A stretch of DNA of 64,000 nucleotides. Origin: an uncultured Acidimicrobiaceae bacterium (GTDB lineage: Bacteria; Actinomycetota; Acidimicrobiia; Acidimicrobiales; RAAP-2). Under the pieces are notes generated by a model. That model was not told the origin of the DNA and searched no databases. It saw nothing but the letters and a program-made list of their open reading frames with translations. Each line of letters opens with the position of its first letter. The first letter of the stretch is position 1. The stretch lies in the NCBI GenBank assembly GCA_963699345.1, contig CAVOTL010000007.1:389352-453351 (forward strand). Reading direction: 5' to 3'. Below are positions 1 to 10,236 of the stretch, piece after piece. The translations under genes were made by a program, and so were the position numbers.

Positions 1-2
1 TC

Positions 3-185
3 CGGAACCGGGTGCAGCGGCTCCTCGCCTACCTGCTCTTCGGTGCCGTCACCTCCGAGCTGGCGACGACCGAGGCGGCGGACGATCCGAACACGATGTC
101 CTTCGCCGACGACGACCAGGTCTTCCGACTCGGCCTCGAGCTGCTGCTCGCCGGCCTGCGCCGGGACCCGGCCGCCGACGGGTGA
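3..185 (+). CDS. 3' end of a CDS entering from the left edge (function not recognisable; helical C-terminus compatible with a TetR-type regulator)
   Basis: Frame 3 is open from the window edge to TGA at 183-185 (..RLLAYLLFGAVTSELA..GLELLLAGLRRDPAADG*). Strong GC3 bias. Confidence 0.35.
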   Translation, partial: RNRVQRLLAYLLFGAVTSELATTEAADDPNTMSFADDDQVFRLGLELLLAGLRRDPAADG

Positions 186-250
186 CGACGGGCCGCTCGC
201 GAACGGCCCAGCGTTTACATATCTCCTACTTCGTGTAAAGATCCGACACC

Positions 251-826
251 GTGGCCGTCCAGAGTACGAGTGCGGAGCTGATCCTCGCCGCCGCCCGAGA
301 GGCCATCGCCGCCAAGGGGCCCGGCAAGCTCACGCTGTCGGAAGTGGCCGCCGCCGCCGGGGTCTCCCGGCCGACGCTCTACCGGTGGTTCCCGACGAGG
401 CACGACCTGTTCGCGGCCCTCACCGAGTACGAGCGGGCGCAGTTCGACGACGGGCTCCGGCGGGTGGTCGATGCCCGTCGGACCCCGGCACGTCGGCTGG
501 ATGCGGCCCTCCGGTATCTGCTCACCTACCTGGACGGGGCGATGGGGGCGGATCCCATCGGGGTCGATCCCGCGTTCGCACTCCGCTCCCTCAACGAGTC
601 ACTGACCGCCCAGGTGGAGACGTTGGTCCGGACCCTCGGTCCGGCCGTCGACCAGGTGCCGGCCGTGCGCACGGGGGCGATGAGCCGGGCCCAGGCGGCC
701 GAGCTGTTCCTCCGGGTGGCCTACTCCCACTACCTCGTGCCGAATCCCGACACCGACGAACTCCTGGCATCGCTGCGGGCGTTCGCCGGGCTGCCCCCCC
801 GGTCGCTGACCCGGGCGGTGGGATGA
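251..826 (+). CDS. TetR/AcrR family transcriptional regulator
   Basis: 191-aa ORF with GTG start. N-terminal HTH signature LTLSEVAAAAGVSRPTLYRWFPTRHDLF. Confidence 0.85.
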   Translation: MAVQSTSAELILAAAREAIAAKGPGKLTLSEVAAAAGVSRPTLYRWFPTRHDLFAALTEYERAQFDDGLRRVVDARRTPARRLDAALRYLLTYLDGAMGADPIGVDPAFALRSLNESLTAQVETLVRTLGPAVDQVPAVRTGAMSRAQAAELFLRVAYSHYLVPNPDTDELLASLRAFAGLPPRSLTRAVG

Positions 827-956
827 CGGGTCGCCGGCCGGCGGCCGTCTCCCGCCCCCTTACGTCGCCAGCGGGCACCGGCGCCCCGATCATCCGTCCG
901 TCCGATCCCGAGGAGGACCTCGTCATGGCCACCCGTCCGTCCCGACCCCGTCCGGC

Positions 957-2186
957 ATGAGCCCGTTCAAGAATCCGGCGTGGCTACCGTTCTCGGTCAG
1001 CGAGGCCGCCTCGGCCGGCGAGGCCACCGCCGACGATCTCGAGACCGGCGAGGCGTGGAACCATCTGCTGGAGACGTTGCAGCGGGTCGGCGACACCGTC
1101 CTCTCCGGTGATGTCCCCCACGATCCGGTGGACACGGCCTCGGGCATCCGCCACCTGCTCGTACTCCTGGGCATCGGCATCGACGAACTGCTGCGGCGGG
1201 GTCTCGACCGGGTCCCCGCCATCAAACCCTCCGCCATGGACGCCGCCTACAAGTGGGGCATGGAGTGCCCCGACTGCATCTATGTCGGCTCGGCGCTGAC
1301 GGGAGGCACCACCTACCGCCTGTGGGGCAATCGCGGCTCGGCGCGGTACGTCGGCCTGCAGGTGATGGCCGGCATGGCGTCCTCGGCCAACGCCCTCCTC
1401 GACGAGTTCGAACTCGACGCCCACGGGAACTTCGAGATCATCCTGTCGGCGGAGCCGCACCCGGGGAACTGGATCCCCCTCGACGACGACGCCACCATGC
1501 TCGTGGTCCGGCACTTCTTCTACGACTGGGAGCACGAGGTGCCGGTCACCATGTCCATCGAGCCGCTCTCGGGTCCGGCGACCCTCGACGAGGCGGAACC
1601 GGTGGAACCGCGGGCGGCCATGGCCCGCCAGGTGATCGCCCTGGGGGACTTCGTGGAGGAGAACCTCCAGTTCTTCCTCGGGTTCTCCAATCCCGAGCAT
1701 CCGAACACCTTCCTGCCGCCCCTCGACGGCACGGCCATGGGAGCGGCCGCCGAGAACCGCCCGGTGATCGGTTCGTGGAAGCTGGCGCCGGACGAGGCGC
1801 TGATCATCGAGGTCACCCCGCCCGAAGGCCTCTACTGGAGCTATTCCCTCGGCAACGTCTGGTGGGAGACGATCGACTACGGCAACCGCCAGTCGAGCCT
1901 CAACGGCTTCCAGGCGGTCGTCGACGACGACGGACTGGTTCGGGTCGTCGTGGCCCACGACGATCCCGGGGTCGCCAACTGGCTCGACACCGCCGGACAC
2001 CGCGAGGGGCCGATCATCCTGCGGTGCGTCCGCACCGAAACGGCCCCGGTGCCCGAGGCCCGGGTGGTGCGGTTCGCCCAGCTCCTCGACGAGTTGCCGG
2101 CGGATGTGCGTCGCATCACACCGGCCGAGCGCGAAGCGGCGATCGACATCCGCCGGAGGGCCGTCAGCCGCCGGTTCGCCCGATGA
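957..2186 (+). CDS. conserved hypothetical protein, DUF1214-like
   Basis: Intact 409-aa ORF. Resembles the actinobacterial DUF1214 family (..YWSYSLGNVWWETIDY..). Its stop overlaps the next start (ATGA). Confidence 0.6.
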   Translation: MSPFKNPAWLPFSVSEAASAGEATADDLETGEAWNHLLETLQRVGDTVLSGDVPHDPVDTASGIRHLLVLLGIGIDELLRRGLDRVPAIKPSAMDAAYKWGMECPDCIYVGSALTGGTTYRLWGNRGSARYVGLQVMAGMASSANALLDEFELDAHGNFEIILSAEPHPGNWIPLDDDATMLVVRHFFYDWEHEVPVTMSIEPLSGPATLDEAEPVEPRAAMARQVIALGDFVEENLQFFLGFSNPEHPNTFLPPLDGTAMGAAAENRPVIGSWKLAPDEALIIEVTPPEGLYWSYSLGNVWWETIDYGNRQSSLNGFQAVVDDDGLVRVVVAHDDPGVANWLDTAGHREGPIILRCVRTETAPVPEARVVRFAQLLDELPADVRRITPAEREAAIDIRRRAVSRRFAR

Positions 2187-3328
2187 CCCTGGAGGTCGGA
2201 CGGATCGAGGAGGAGGCCCGGACCCAGACCGGCCTCGACGACACCGGTGGTGACCACTACCGCGAGGGCCTCGAGCGCCTGGTCACGGCGATGAACGAGG
2301 AGGGCACGCTCACCGAGACGGGTGAGGCCATGCTCCAGATGCGCCTGAGCATGCTGCTGTCGGCCCGTCTGCAGGTGGAGGACACCTACCGCCGCCACCC
2401 CGAGATCGACGACCAGGTGGTCGAGGGACCGGTCTTCGTCATCGGCCTGCCCCGGACCGGTACGACGGCCCTCAGTCAGCTGGTGGCCGCCGATCCCCAG
2501 TTCCGGTCCCTTCGGACGTGGGAGTCGTCCTCCCCCGTCCCGCCTCCGGAGTCGGCCACCGAACACACCGATCCGCGTATCGCCGCCACCGAACAGGGAC
2601 TCGCCATGATGAACGAGGCCTTCCCGCTCATGCAGACGATGCACCACACGGAGGCGACCACGGCCACCGAGTGCCAGGACCTCCTGGGTATGAGCTACCG
2701 CACCGCTCACTTCGACGGGTTCGCCCGGGTCCCGTCGTACATGGCGTGGGTCGTGGACACGGACATGACCGAGACGTACCGGTACCACCGCCGGGTGCTC
2801 CGCCTGCTCCAGTGGCACTGTCCGCCGACCCTCTGGCACCTGAAGACCCCGGTCCACATGCTGTCGCTCGATGCGCTGCTGGCGGCCTATCCGAATGCCC
2901 GGTTCCTCTGGAGCCACCGGGATCCCACCGAGGTGCTGGGCTCGGTGTGCAGCCTCATCCACTACACACGGAGCTGGAGCAGCGACCGGGACGACTCCGT
3001 GGAACTCGGGGCCGCCCAACTCGACCACTGGTGGCTGGCCGTCGAGCGGGCCATGGCGTTCCGCCGGCGGATGGGCGACGACCGGTTCGCCGACGTGTCC
3101 TTCGGTGCCCTCCAGCGCGATCCGTCGGCGGCGCTGGCCGGCGCGCTCGAGCGCATCGGCGTGCCGTTCGACGAGCGGTCCCGCGCCGCGGTGGCGGCGT
3201 GGGCCGGGACCCACGAGCCGGGATCGCACGGCACCCACACCTACGAACTGTCCGACTTCGGGCTGCGCCCCGAGCAGGTACGCGACCGGTTCGGCCCCTA
3301 CTACGCGGCGTTCGACATCGACGCCTGA
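2183..3328 (+). CDS. sulfotransferase family protein
   Basis: ATG at 2183 inside ORF 1253..3328. PAPS 5'-phosphosulfate loop GLPRTGTTAL and a later SHRDP motif. ATGA overlap with the upstream gene. Confidence 0.85.
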   Translation: MTLEVGRIEEEARTQTGLDDTGGDHYREGLERLVTAMNEEGTLTETGEAMLQMRLSMLLSARLQVEDTYRRHPEIDDQVVEGPVFVIGLPRTGTTALSQLVAADPQFRSLRTWESSSPVPPPESATEHTDPRIAATEQGLAMMNEAFPLMQTMHHTEATTATECQDLLGMSYRTAHFDGFARVPSYMAWVVDTDMTETYRYHRRVLRLLQWHCPPTLWHLKTPVHMLSLDALLAAYPNARFLWSHRDPTEVLGSVCSLIHYTRSWSSDRDDSVELGAAQLDHWWLAVERAMAFRRRMGDDRFADVSFGALQRDPSAALAGALERIGVPFDERSRAAVAAWAGTHEPGSHGTHTYELSDFGLRPEQVRDRFGPYYAAFDIDA

Positions 3329-3335
3329 ACGACCG

Positions 3336-4148
3336 TCAGGTCCCCCACCCCGCGTCGGCCCGCGGTGCGGACGGACGGTGCGACCCCACCCGGCACACCA
3401 GATAGATCTCGGAGTTGACCCCGAGGGGAAGTTGTCGGAGGGGGCTACCGTGCAGAGCCTCGACGGTGATCCCGTGAGACTCGAGTTCACGGATGAGCGT
3501 CCGGTGGTCGAATCCCGTGTGTGGATAGATGAACGGCATCCCGTCGATGTCATGGACGGGGCGGACGCGCCGGGGACGACCTCTCGCGGCACTGAGCACC
3601 GTGTCCCATCGGGCGTCGTACTCGCCGTATCGACGGAACATGCGGAACAGGCCCTTGACGAATCCGACGGCGAAGATCTCATTGGGTACGCCGATGATGA
3701 GGTGGCCGCCGCCCTCTCCGTCGAGCAGCCGGACCATCTCCCGGATCGCCTCGGCGGTCTCCTCGGGAGGGAGGTGTTCGAACACTTCACAGCAGGTCAG
3801 CACGCTGATGGAACCGGGACCGAGCCCCTGGGTGTCGGCGATCACCTCGACGTCGTGCCCGGTCAGTGACTGTTCGGCTTCCGACCTCAGGCTGATGCTC
3901 GGCTCGTAGCAGTAGGTGACCGCCCCCGGGAACTCCGCCTTGAAGCGTTTGGCGAGGAGCCCGTCTCCGCCGCCGAAGTCCAACAGCGACACGCCGCCGC
4001 CACCCGCCACCACCGTCCCGACCGCCCGGAGTGCATCGTCGATCCGCCGGTTCTGCAGCCAACGCTTCAGGGGATTGGGATCACGGGTCGTGATCTCCGA
4101 ATAGGACACTGCGGGCGTTCCGATCTCCGGGAGCTGGGTCGCCGACAC
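3336..4148 (-). CDS. class I SAM-dependent methyltransferase
   Basis: 270-aa ORF. Motif I LLDFGGGDGLL and motif LTCCEVFEHL. Confidence 0.85.
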   Translation of the reverse strand: MSATQLPEIGTPAVSYSEITTRDPNPLKRWLQNRRIDDALRAVGTVVAGGGGVSLLDFGGGDGLLAKRFKAEFPGAVTYCYEPSISLRSEAEQSLTGHDVEVIADTQGLGPGSISVLTCCEVFEHLPPEETAEAIREMVRLLDGEGGGHLIIGVPNEIFAVGFVKGLFRMFRRYGEYDARWDTVLSAARGRPRRVRPVHDIDGMPFIYPHTGFDHRTLIRELESHGITVEALHGSPLRQLPLGVNSEIYLVCRVGSHRPSAPRADAGWGT

Positions 4149-4255
4149 GCTAGCGAAGACCGCCCCGGAAGGGGCCGTCCGTCGGTAACCGCATCCGGTC
4201 GATTGCCCTCGAGGGGCGGCCGCGTGCTCCGCCAGCGGACCGATCCATCGGCTCC

Positions 4256-6706
4256 GTGTTCCCGCCGATGTTACGCTCAGCCGTGCGAAATCGGCGGCAC
4301 CGGGCGCGAGGGGCCGTCGCCCTTGTCTTCCCGGTGATCATCGTCGCGGCCCTGATGGCGGCTTCGGCTCCGCTGGGAGCGGCGCAGAAAGCCAACCTCC
4401 CGGGTTCGCGGAGTGCGGTGTCGACACCCCTGCCCAACTCGGTCCGGGGGTTCGGCGCGGCGCAGGTGGCCGGGACGGGCATCGTGGCGCCGGGTGCACA
4501 CCCGCTCGTCGGGATCGCCACCGACGGCCCATCTGGCTATTGGCTCGTGGCGACCGACGGCGCGGTGTGGGCCAACGGCGACGCCGGCTTCTACGGCTCC
4601 ATGGGCGGCAAGCCTCTCGACGCGCCCATCGTCGGCATGTCGGCCGTGCCCGACGGAAGGGGCTACTGGCTGGTGGCCGCCGACGGGGGCATCTTCAGCT
4701 TCGGGGACGCCGGCTTCTACGGCTCCATGGGGGGCAGACCCCTCAACGCGCCCATCGTCGGGATCGCGGCCACGACGGATGGGAAGGGCTACTGGGAGGT
4801 GGCCGCTGACGGGGGCATCTTCAGCTTCGGGGACGCCGGCTTCTACGGCTCCATGGGGGGCAGACCCCTCAACGCCCCCATCGTCGGCATGTCGGCCAGC
4901 CCGAGCGGGCGCGGCTACCGGCTCGTCGCCGCCGACGGGGGCATCTTCAGTTTCGGCGACGCCGGCTTCTACGGCTCCATGGGCGGAAAGCCCCTCAACG
5001 CCCGGATCGTCGGCATGGCGCCCAGTCCGACCGGGCGGGGCTACTGGCTGGTGGCCGCCGACGGGGGCATCTTCAGTTTCGGGGACGCCGGCTTCCACGG
5101 CGCCTCGCTCACCGATCCCCTGGCACCGGCCGTGGCCATCACGCCCACCGGGGGCGGGTATCTCGTCGTCTTCGGCTTCGCCCCTCCGCTCGATCCGTCG
5201 ACGCCGGCTCCCCAGACGGTCGTGGCGGTGGGGGACGCCGCATTGGCGCCGGGTCGTGCGGCCCCGCCCGGTGCCGGACGCCTCATCGGCGTCACCCGAG
5301 ACGGATCCGGCCGCGGGTACTGGGAGGCGGCTGCGGACGGAGGCATCTCCAGCTTCGGCGACGCCGGCTTCTACGGCTCCATGGGCGGCAAGCCCCTCGA
5401 TGCGCCCATCGTCGGCATGGCGGCCATGCCCGACGGAGCGGGCTACTGGCTGGTGGCCGCGGACGGGGGCATCTTCAGCTTCGGCGACGCCGGCTTCTAC
5501 GGCTCCATGGGCGGCAAGCCTCTCGACGCGCCCATCGTCGGCATGGCGGCTGGCCCGGGCGGGCGCGGCTACTGGCTGGTGGCGGCCGACGGGGGCATCT
5601 TCAGCTTCGGCGACGCCGGCTTCCACGGCTCCATGGGCGGAAAGCCCCTCAACGCCCGGATCGTCGGCATGGCGGCCACCGCCGACGGTGCGGGCTACTG
5701 GCTGGTGGCGGCCGACGGGGGGATCTTCAGCTTCGGCGACGCCGCCTTCCACGGGGCGTTGGGTGGCGCCCCCCCGAACGCCCCGGTGGTCAGCATGGCG
5801 GTCAGCCCCGATGGGGGCGGTTACTGGCTCCTCCAGAGCGACGGTGCCGTGGATGCCTTTGGAGACGCGGCCGGTGGGCTCGGCGGCACGTTGACCTCGA
5901 CTGCCGAAGCGGTGGGTATCGCCGGTGAGTCGGGCGGCTCCGGCTACTGGGTCGCCTTCGGGGCGACGAACCCGCTCCCCGCGTTGCTCTCCTCTTATCT
6001 GGACGGGCGCACGGGTTCGGTGGCGGCGGCGATCGACGACCTCGACACCGGGCAGACCTGGGTCGTCGGCCCGGCCTCTCCGCAGGACGAGGCCAGCATC
6101 GTGAAGGTCGACATCCTGGCGGCGCTGCTCTGGGAGACGCGTCAGCGGGGCGGCCTTTCCCCGGAGCAGCAGTCCCTGGCCCAGCAGATGATCGAATACA
6201 GCGACAACGACGCCGCCACGGCGCTCTGGGACGACATCGGGGGCGCCGGCGGGTTGAGCGCCTTCGACGCCGCCGTCGGGATGCCCGACACCACGCCTTC
6301 GCCGTGTCTCGTGTGCGCCGGATCGCCGTGGCCCGGGTGGGGATACTCCACGACCGAGCCGACCGACCAGATCGCCCTGCTGCGAACGCTCGTCCTCGAG
6401 AATCCGCTCCTCAGCGAGTCCGAGCGCGACTACGCCCTCGGCCTGATGGAGAACGTGGCGCCCACCGAGGGATGGGGTGTCTCCGGAGGCATCCCTCCCG
6501 GGGTCACGGTGGCCCTCAAGAACGGGTGGCTCCCGCTCGACGCGTCGAGTTCCGACTGGCAGATCAACAGCATCGGTTGGGTGTCGGGGGCGGGCGCCGA
6601 CTACCTGATAGCCGTGGAGTCCACCGGAAACCCCGACGAGCCCTACGGCATCGACACCATCGACGGACTCTCGTCTCTGGTGTGGTCCTACCTGAGTGGA
6701 ACCTGA
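4256..6706 (+). CDS. secreted multi-repeat protein (two blocks of ~40-aa [36 protein letters not shown] units, propeller-like) fused to a C-terminal class A beta-lactamase-like serine hydrolase domain
   Basis: Intact 816-aa ORF. N-terminal signal/TM segment ([22 protein letters not shown]). 10 FGDA-type units plus 2 partial. C-terminal motifs SIVK (SxxK), SDN and KNG. Confidence 0.85.
   Translation: [816 protein letters not shown]
4534..5870 (+). repeat. in-frame tandem ~120-bp DNA repeats inside the 4256..6706 CDS, in two blocks separated by a unique linker at about 5100-5290
   Basis: Strings such as ggctactggctggtggccgccgacgggggcatcttcagcttcgg(c/g)gacgccggcttctacggctccatggg recur almost verbatim. 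Confidence 0.9.
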
Positions 6707-6771
6707 GGACACCGGACGCCACATCCTGGCGACCGCCTCAGGCTGCTGTCGGAAGATCCCGACGGGGTGTG

Positions 6772-7383
6772 TCAACCAGTCGCGCGAAAGGTGCCGATCA
6801 AGGCAAGCGCGCCGTCCAGGGCACGGCGCAGGGCTCGAGGGTCACGGCGCGCCTGGGTGAGGATCAGACCTCCCTGGAGGCTGGCGAGCGTGGAAGCGGC
6901 GAGCCAAGCGGCATCGGCGTCGGGTCGGAGTTCACCCGCGTCGATCATGGCGACGAGCCCGTCCCGGATCGAGGCCTCCCATCGGTCGAAGCCGGACGCC
7001 AGTACGACGCGGGTGTCGTCGTCGCGTTCGCCGAGCTGGGCGACGAGGTTCGCGATCGGACAGCCACCGTGGCCCTGCAGTTGCACCTGCAGTTCGACGA
7101 GGGCGTCCGTCCATCGCACCAGGCCGGCCCACGAGTCCAGGCCCGCGAACAGTTCACGTTGGCCCTCGAGCACCGTGGTGTTGGTGACCTCGGCCACCGA
7201 TCTCATCAGGTCCGATTTGTCTTCGAAGTAGTGGTAGAGCTGGCTACGCGACGCGGGGGCTCGGGCACCCACCTCATCGAGGCTGGTCCCGAGCGCGCCC
7301 TTCTCGGCCACCACCTCTGCCGCGGCGGCGACGATGCGCTGTCGTGTCCGGCGTCCCCGTTCGGTGGTCGGCTGCAGTCCCAT
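6772..7383 (-). CDS. TetR/AcrR family transcriptional regulator
   Basis: 203-aa ORF. HTH region TSLDEVGARAPASRSQLYHYFEDKSDL. Divergent from the peroxiredoxin-like gene. Confidence 0.85.
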   Translation of the reverse strand: MGLQPTTERGRRTRQRIVAAAAEVVAEKGALGTSLDEVGARAPASRSQLYHYFEDKSDLMRSVAEVTNTTVLEGQRELFAGLDSWAGLVRWTDALVELQVQLQGHGGCPIANLVAQLGERDDDTRVVLASGFDRWEASIRDGLVAMIDAGELRPDADAAWLAASTLASLQGGLILTQARRDPRALRRALDGALALIGTFRATG

Positions 7384-7400
7384 GCCACCAGTATCCCGTG

Positions 7401-7459
7401 AGTGGACTTGACAGTCCAGTTACTGCGTGATCCTATGGGACTGGACCACGTAGTCCACT
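7401..7459. promoter_or_regulatory. two related inverted-repeat operator candidates in the TetR/peroxiredoxin divergent intergenic region
   Basis: 7401-7420 is AGTGGACTTGACAGTCCAGT. The reverse complement of 7440-7459 is AGTGGACTACGTGGTCCAGT. Shared half-sites are TGGACT and GTCCA. Confidence 0.55.
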
Positions 7460-7491
7460 AACGCCCGCCGACAGTTCCCCAGGGAGGTTCG

Positions 7492-8154
7492 ATGTCCGCC
7501 ACCATCCATGAGCAGTCCGACCAGGTGAAGGCAGCCGCCGCGGAACGTCTCCCGCCGGACGTGCGGGCGGCATTCGATCGGAGCATCCAGAACCTCATCG
7601 ACCAGGGAATCCCGAAAGACGTCGTCAAGGTCGGCGACACCCTGGCACCCTTCGAGCTGACCGACGCCACCGGCGCGCGGGTCACTCTGGATCAGTTGGT
7701 CGAGGCCGGCCCCGTGGTGATCGTCTTCTACCGGGGTGGGTGGTGTCCGTACTGCAATGTGGCCCTGCGGACCTACCAACGCGAGCTGGTCCCCGAACTG
7801 GCTGGCTTCGGGGCCCGGTTGGTGGCCATCAGCCCCCAGTCCCCCGATGAGTCGCTCTCGACGGCAGAGAAGGCCGACCTCGAGTTCACCGTGCTGTCTG
7901 ACCCCGGCAACCGTGTCGCCCGCAGCATCGGCATCGTCTTCCAGCAGGCCGATGAGGTCCTCGCCGTCCAGCGTCAACTGGGCCTCGATCTCGCCCGGGT
8001 GAACGCCGAAGGCTCCACCCAGCTGCCGAGGCCCACGGTCCTCATCGTGGACTCGGACCACAGGGTGCGTTTCGTGGACGTGCAGCCGGACTACACGGCT
8101 CGGACCGAGGTGTCCGACATCGTGGCCGGGCTCACCCGACTCGGAAGGTCCTAG
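7492..8154 (+). CDS. peroxiredoxin-like (AhpC/TSA, redoxin family) protein
   Basis: 220-aa ORF. Thioredoxin-fold motif VVIVFYRGGWCPYCN. SD-like GGGAGG 6 nt upstream. Confidence 0.8.
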   Translation: MSATIHEQSDQVKAAAAERLPPDVRAAFDRSIQNLIDQGIPKDVVKVGDTLAPFELTDATGARVTLDQLVEAGPVVIVFYRGGWCPYCNVALRTYQRELVPELAGFGARLVAISPQSPDESLSTAEKADLEFTVLSDPGNRVARSIGIVFQQADEVLAVQRQLGLDLARVNAEGSTQLPRPTVLIVDSDHRVRFVDVQPDYTARTEVSDIVAGLTRLGRS

Positions 8155-8179
8155 AAGCCACGGCCGAGGATGCCTGCCG

Positions 8180-8199
8180 CGCGCACGGATCGCGCACGC
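8180..8199 (+). repeat. left copy of the 20-nt direct repeat CGCGCACG-N3-CGCGCACGC (candidate island boundary)
   Basis: CGCGCACGGATCGCGCACGC. 17/20 identical to 16750-16769 in the same orientation. Confidence 0.6.
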
Positions 8200-8262
8200 C
8201 GAGCGGTTTTTTGACTCCGTACACGTCATCACATCGCACAGAGAAATCGGGTACTTCCGTCT

Positions 8263-8285
8263 GACCATATGGAGTACCATATGGT
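8263..8285. promoter_or_regulatory. tandem palindromes (operator candidate) abutting the antitoxin start
   Basis: GACCATATGG-AG-TACCATATGGT. The CCATATGG core occurs twice, 12 bp apart, ending 3 nt before ATG 8288. Confidence 0.55.
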
Positions 8286-8287
8286 CC

Positions 8288-8533
8288 ATGGCTCGGCGTG
8301 AAGTGCTCGTGCAGTTGGATGACGACCTCGTGTCGCGTCTGGATCACCTGGCGTCCGAACGAGGAACCAGCCGATCAGAGCTTCTCCGCAATGGAGCCAT
8401 TGCCGTCCTCGAGGCCGCAGACCTGCGTCGTGCTGACGATGAGCTGCAGGACGCGTACCGCCGCACCCCGCAGGATCCAGACATCGTCCAGATGGCGGCA
8501 CGTCTAGCTACCGCGACCATGCCGGAGTGGTAG
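8288..8533 (+). CDS. ribbon-helix-helix (CopG-like) antitoxin
   Basis: 81-aa ORF. N-terminal RHH pattern RREVLVQLDDDLVSRLDHLASERGTSRSELLR. Overlaps the toxin gene by 7 nt. Confidence 0.8.
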   Translation: MARREVLVQLDDDLVSRLDHLASERGTSRSELLRNGAIAVLEAADLRRADDELQDAYRRTPQDPDIVQMAARLATATMPEW

Positions 8534-8850
8534 TCCGAGGCGACATTCTGTGGGCGGACCTCGGGGCACCGGCAGGTCGGCGGCCCGTGTGCGTTCTCAC
8601 TCGCGACGCCGCCATCGAAGTCCTCTCCGCAGTCACCTGTGCACCGATCACTCGCACGATTCGTGGGATTCGGTCAGAAGTCGGCGTGGGAGCTGACGAA
8701 GGACTCCCCGACGTGAGTGTGATCACGTGCGACAACATCGTGACCCTTGCGAAAACGATGCTGACCGAGGACCCGGTCGGACACTTGGATCTCGAAAAGC
8801 GCGCAGAACTCGATCGAGCCCTGCGCTACGCCCTCGACATCCAGTACTGA
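8527..8850 (+). CDS. mazF: MazF/PemK family type II toxin (mRNA interferase)
   Basis: 107-aa ORF with GTG start. Motif RGDILWADLGAPAGRRPVCVLTRD is typical of PemK/MazF. Confidence 0.8.
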   Translation: MVVRGDILWADLGAPAGRRPVCVLTRDAAIEVLSAVTCAPITRTIRGIRSEVGVGADEGLPDVSVITCDNIVTLAKTMLTEDPVGHLDLEKRAELDRALRYALDIQY

Positions 8851-8952
8851 ACACTCGTCGGGTACGACCCCGAGCCGGCGTTCAGGGGCACCCCCAGCGT
8901 GTACCTACTTCGTGAATACAGAGTCGATGATCGCACCCGACCCTGGATCGAG

Positions 8953-10236
<1,284 letters not shown>

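Noticed and set aside
4534-5870. Regularly spaced ~120-bp repeats, considered as a possible CRISPR array or satellite
   Set aside because: The repeats are contiguous with no unique spacers, stay in one open frame, and translate to a coherent 40-aa protein repeat. They are coding tandem repeats, not CRISPR.
4277-6775. 832-aa ORF antisense to the repeat/beta-lactamase-like gene
   Set aside because: It is Arg/Gly/Pro/His-rich with no motifs. It is the typical shadow ORF of a GC3-rich gene, and the sense strand has clear domains and a signal peptide.
8165-8212. T6 run after the peroxiredoxin-like gene, considered as an intrinsic terminator
   Set aside because: I could not draw a convincing GC stem immediately upstream of the T-tract; the best is 5 bp (GCGCG/CGCGC), and it is not adjacent. 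The region is better explained by the tandem 8-mer repeat.
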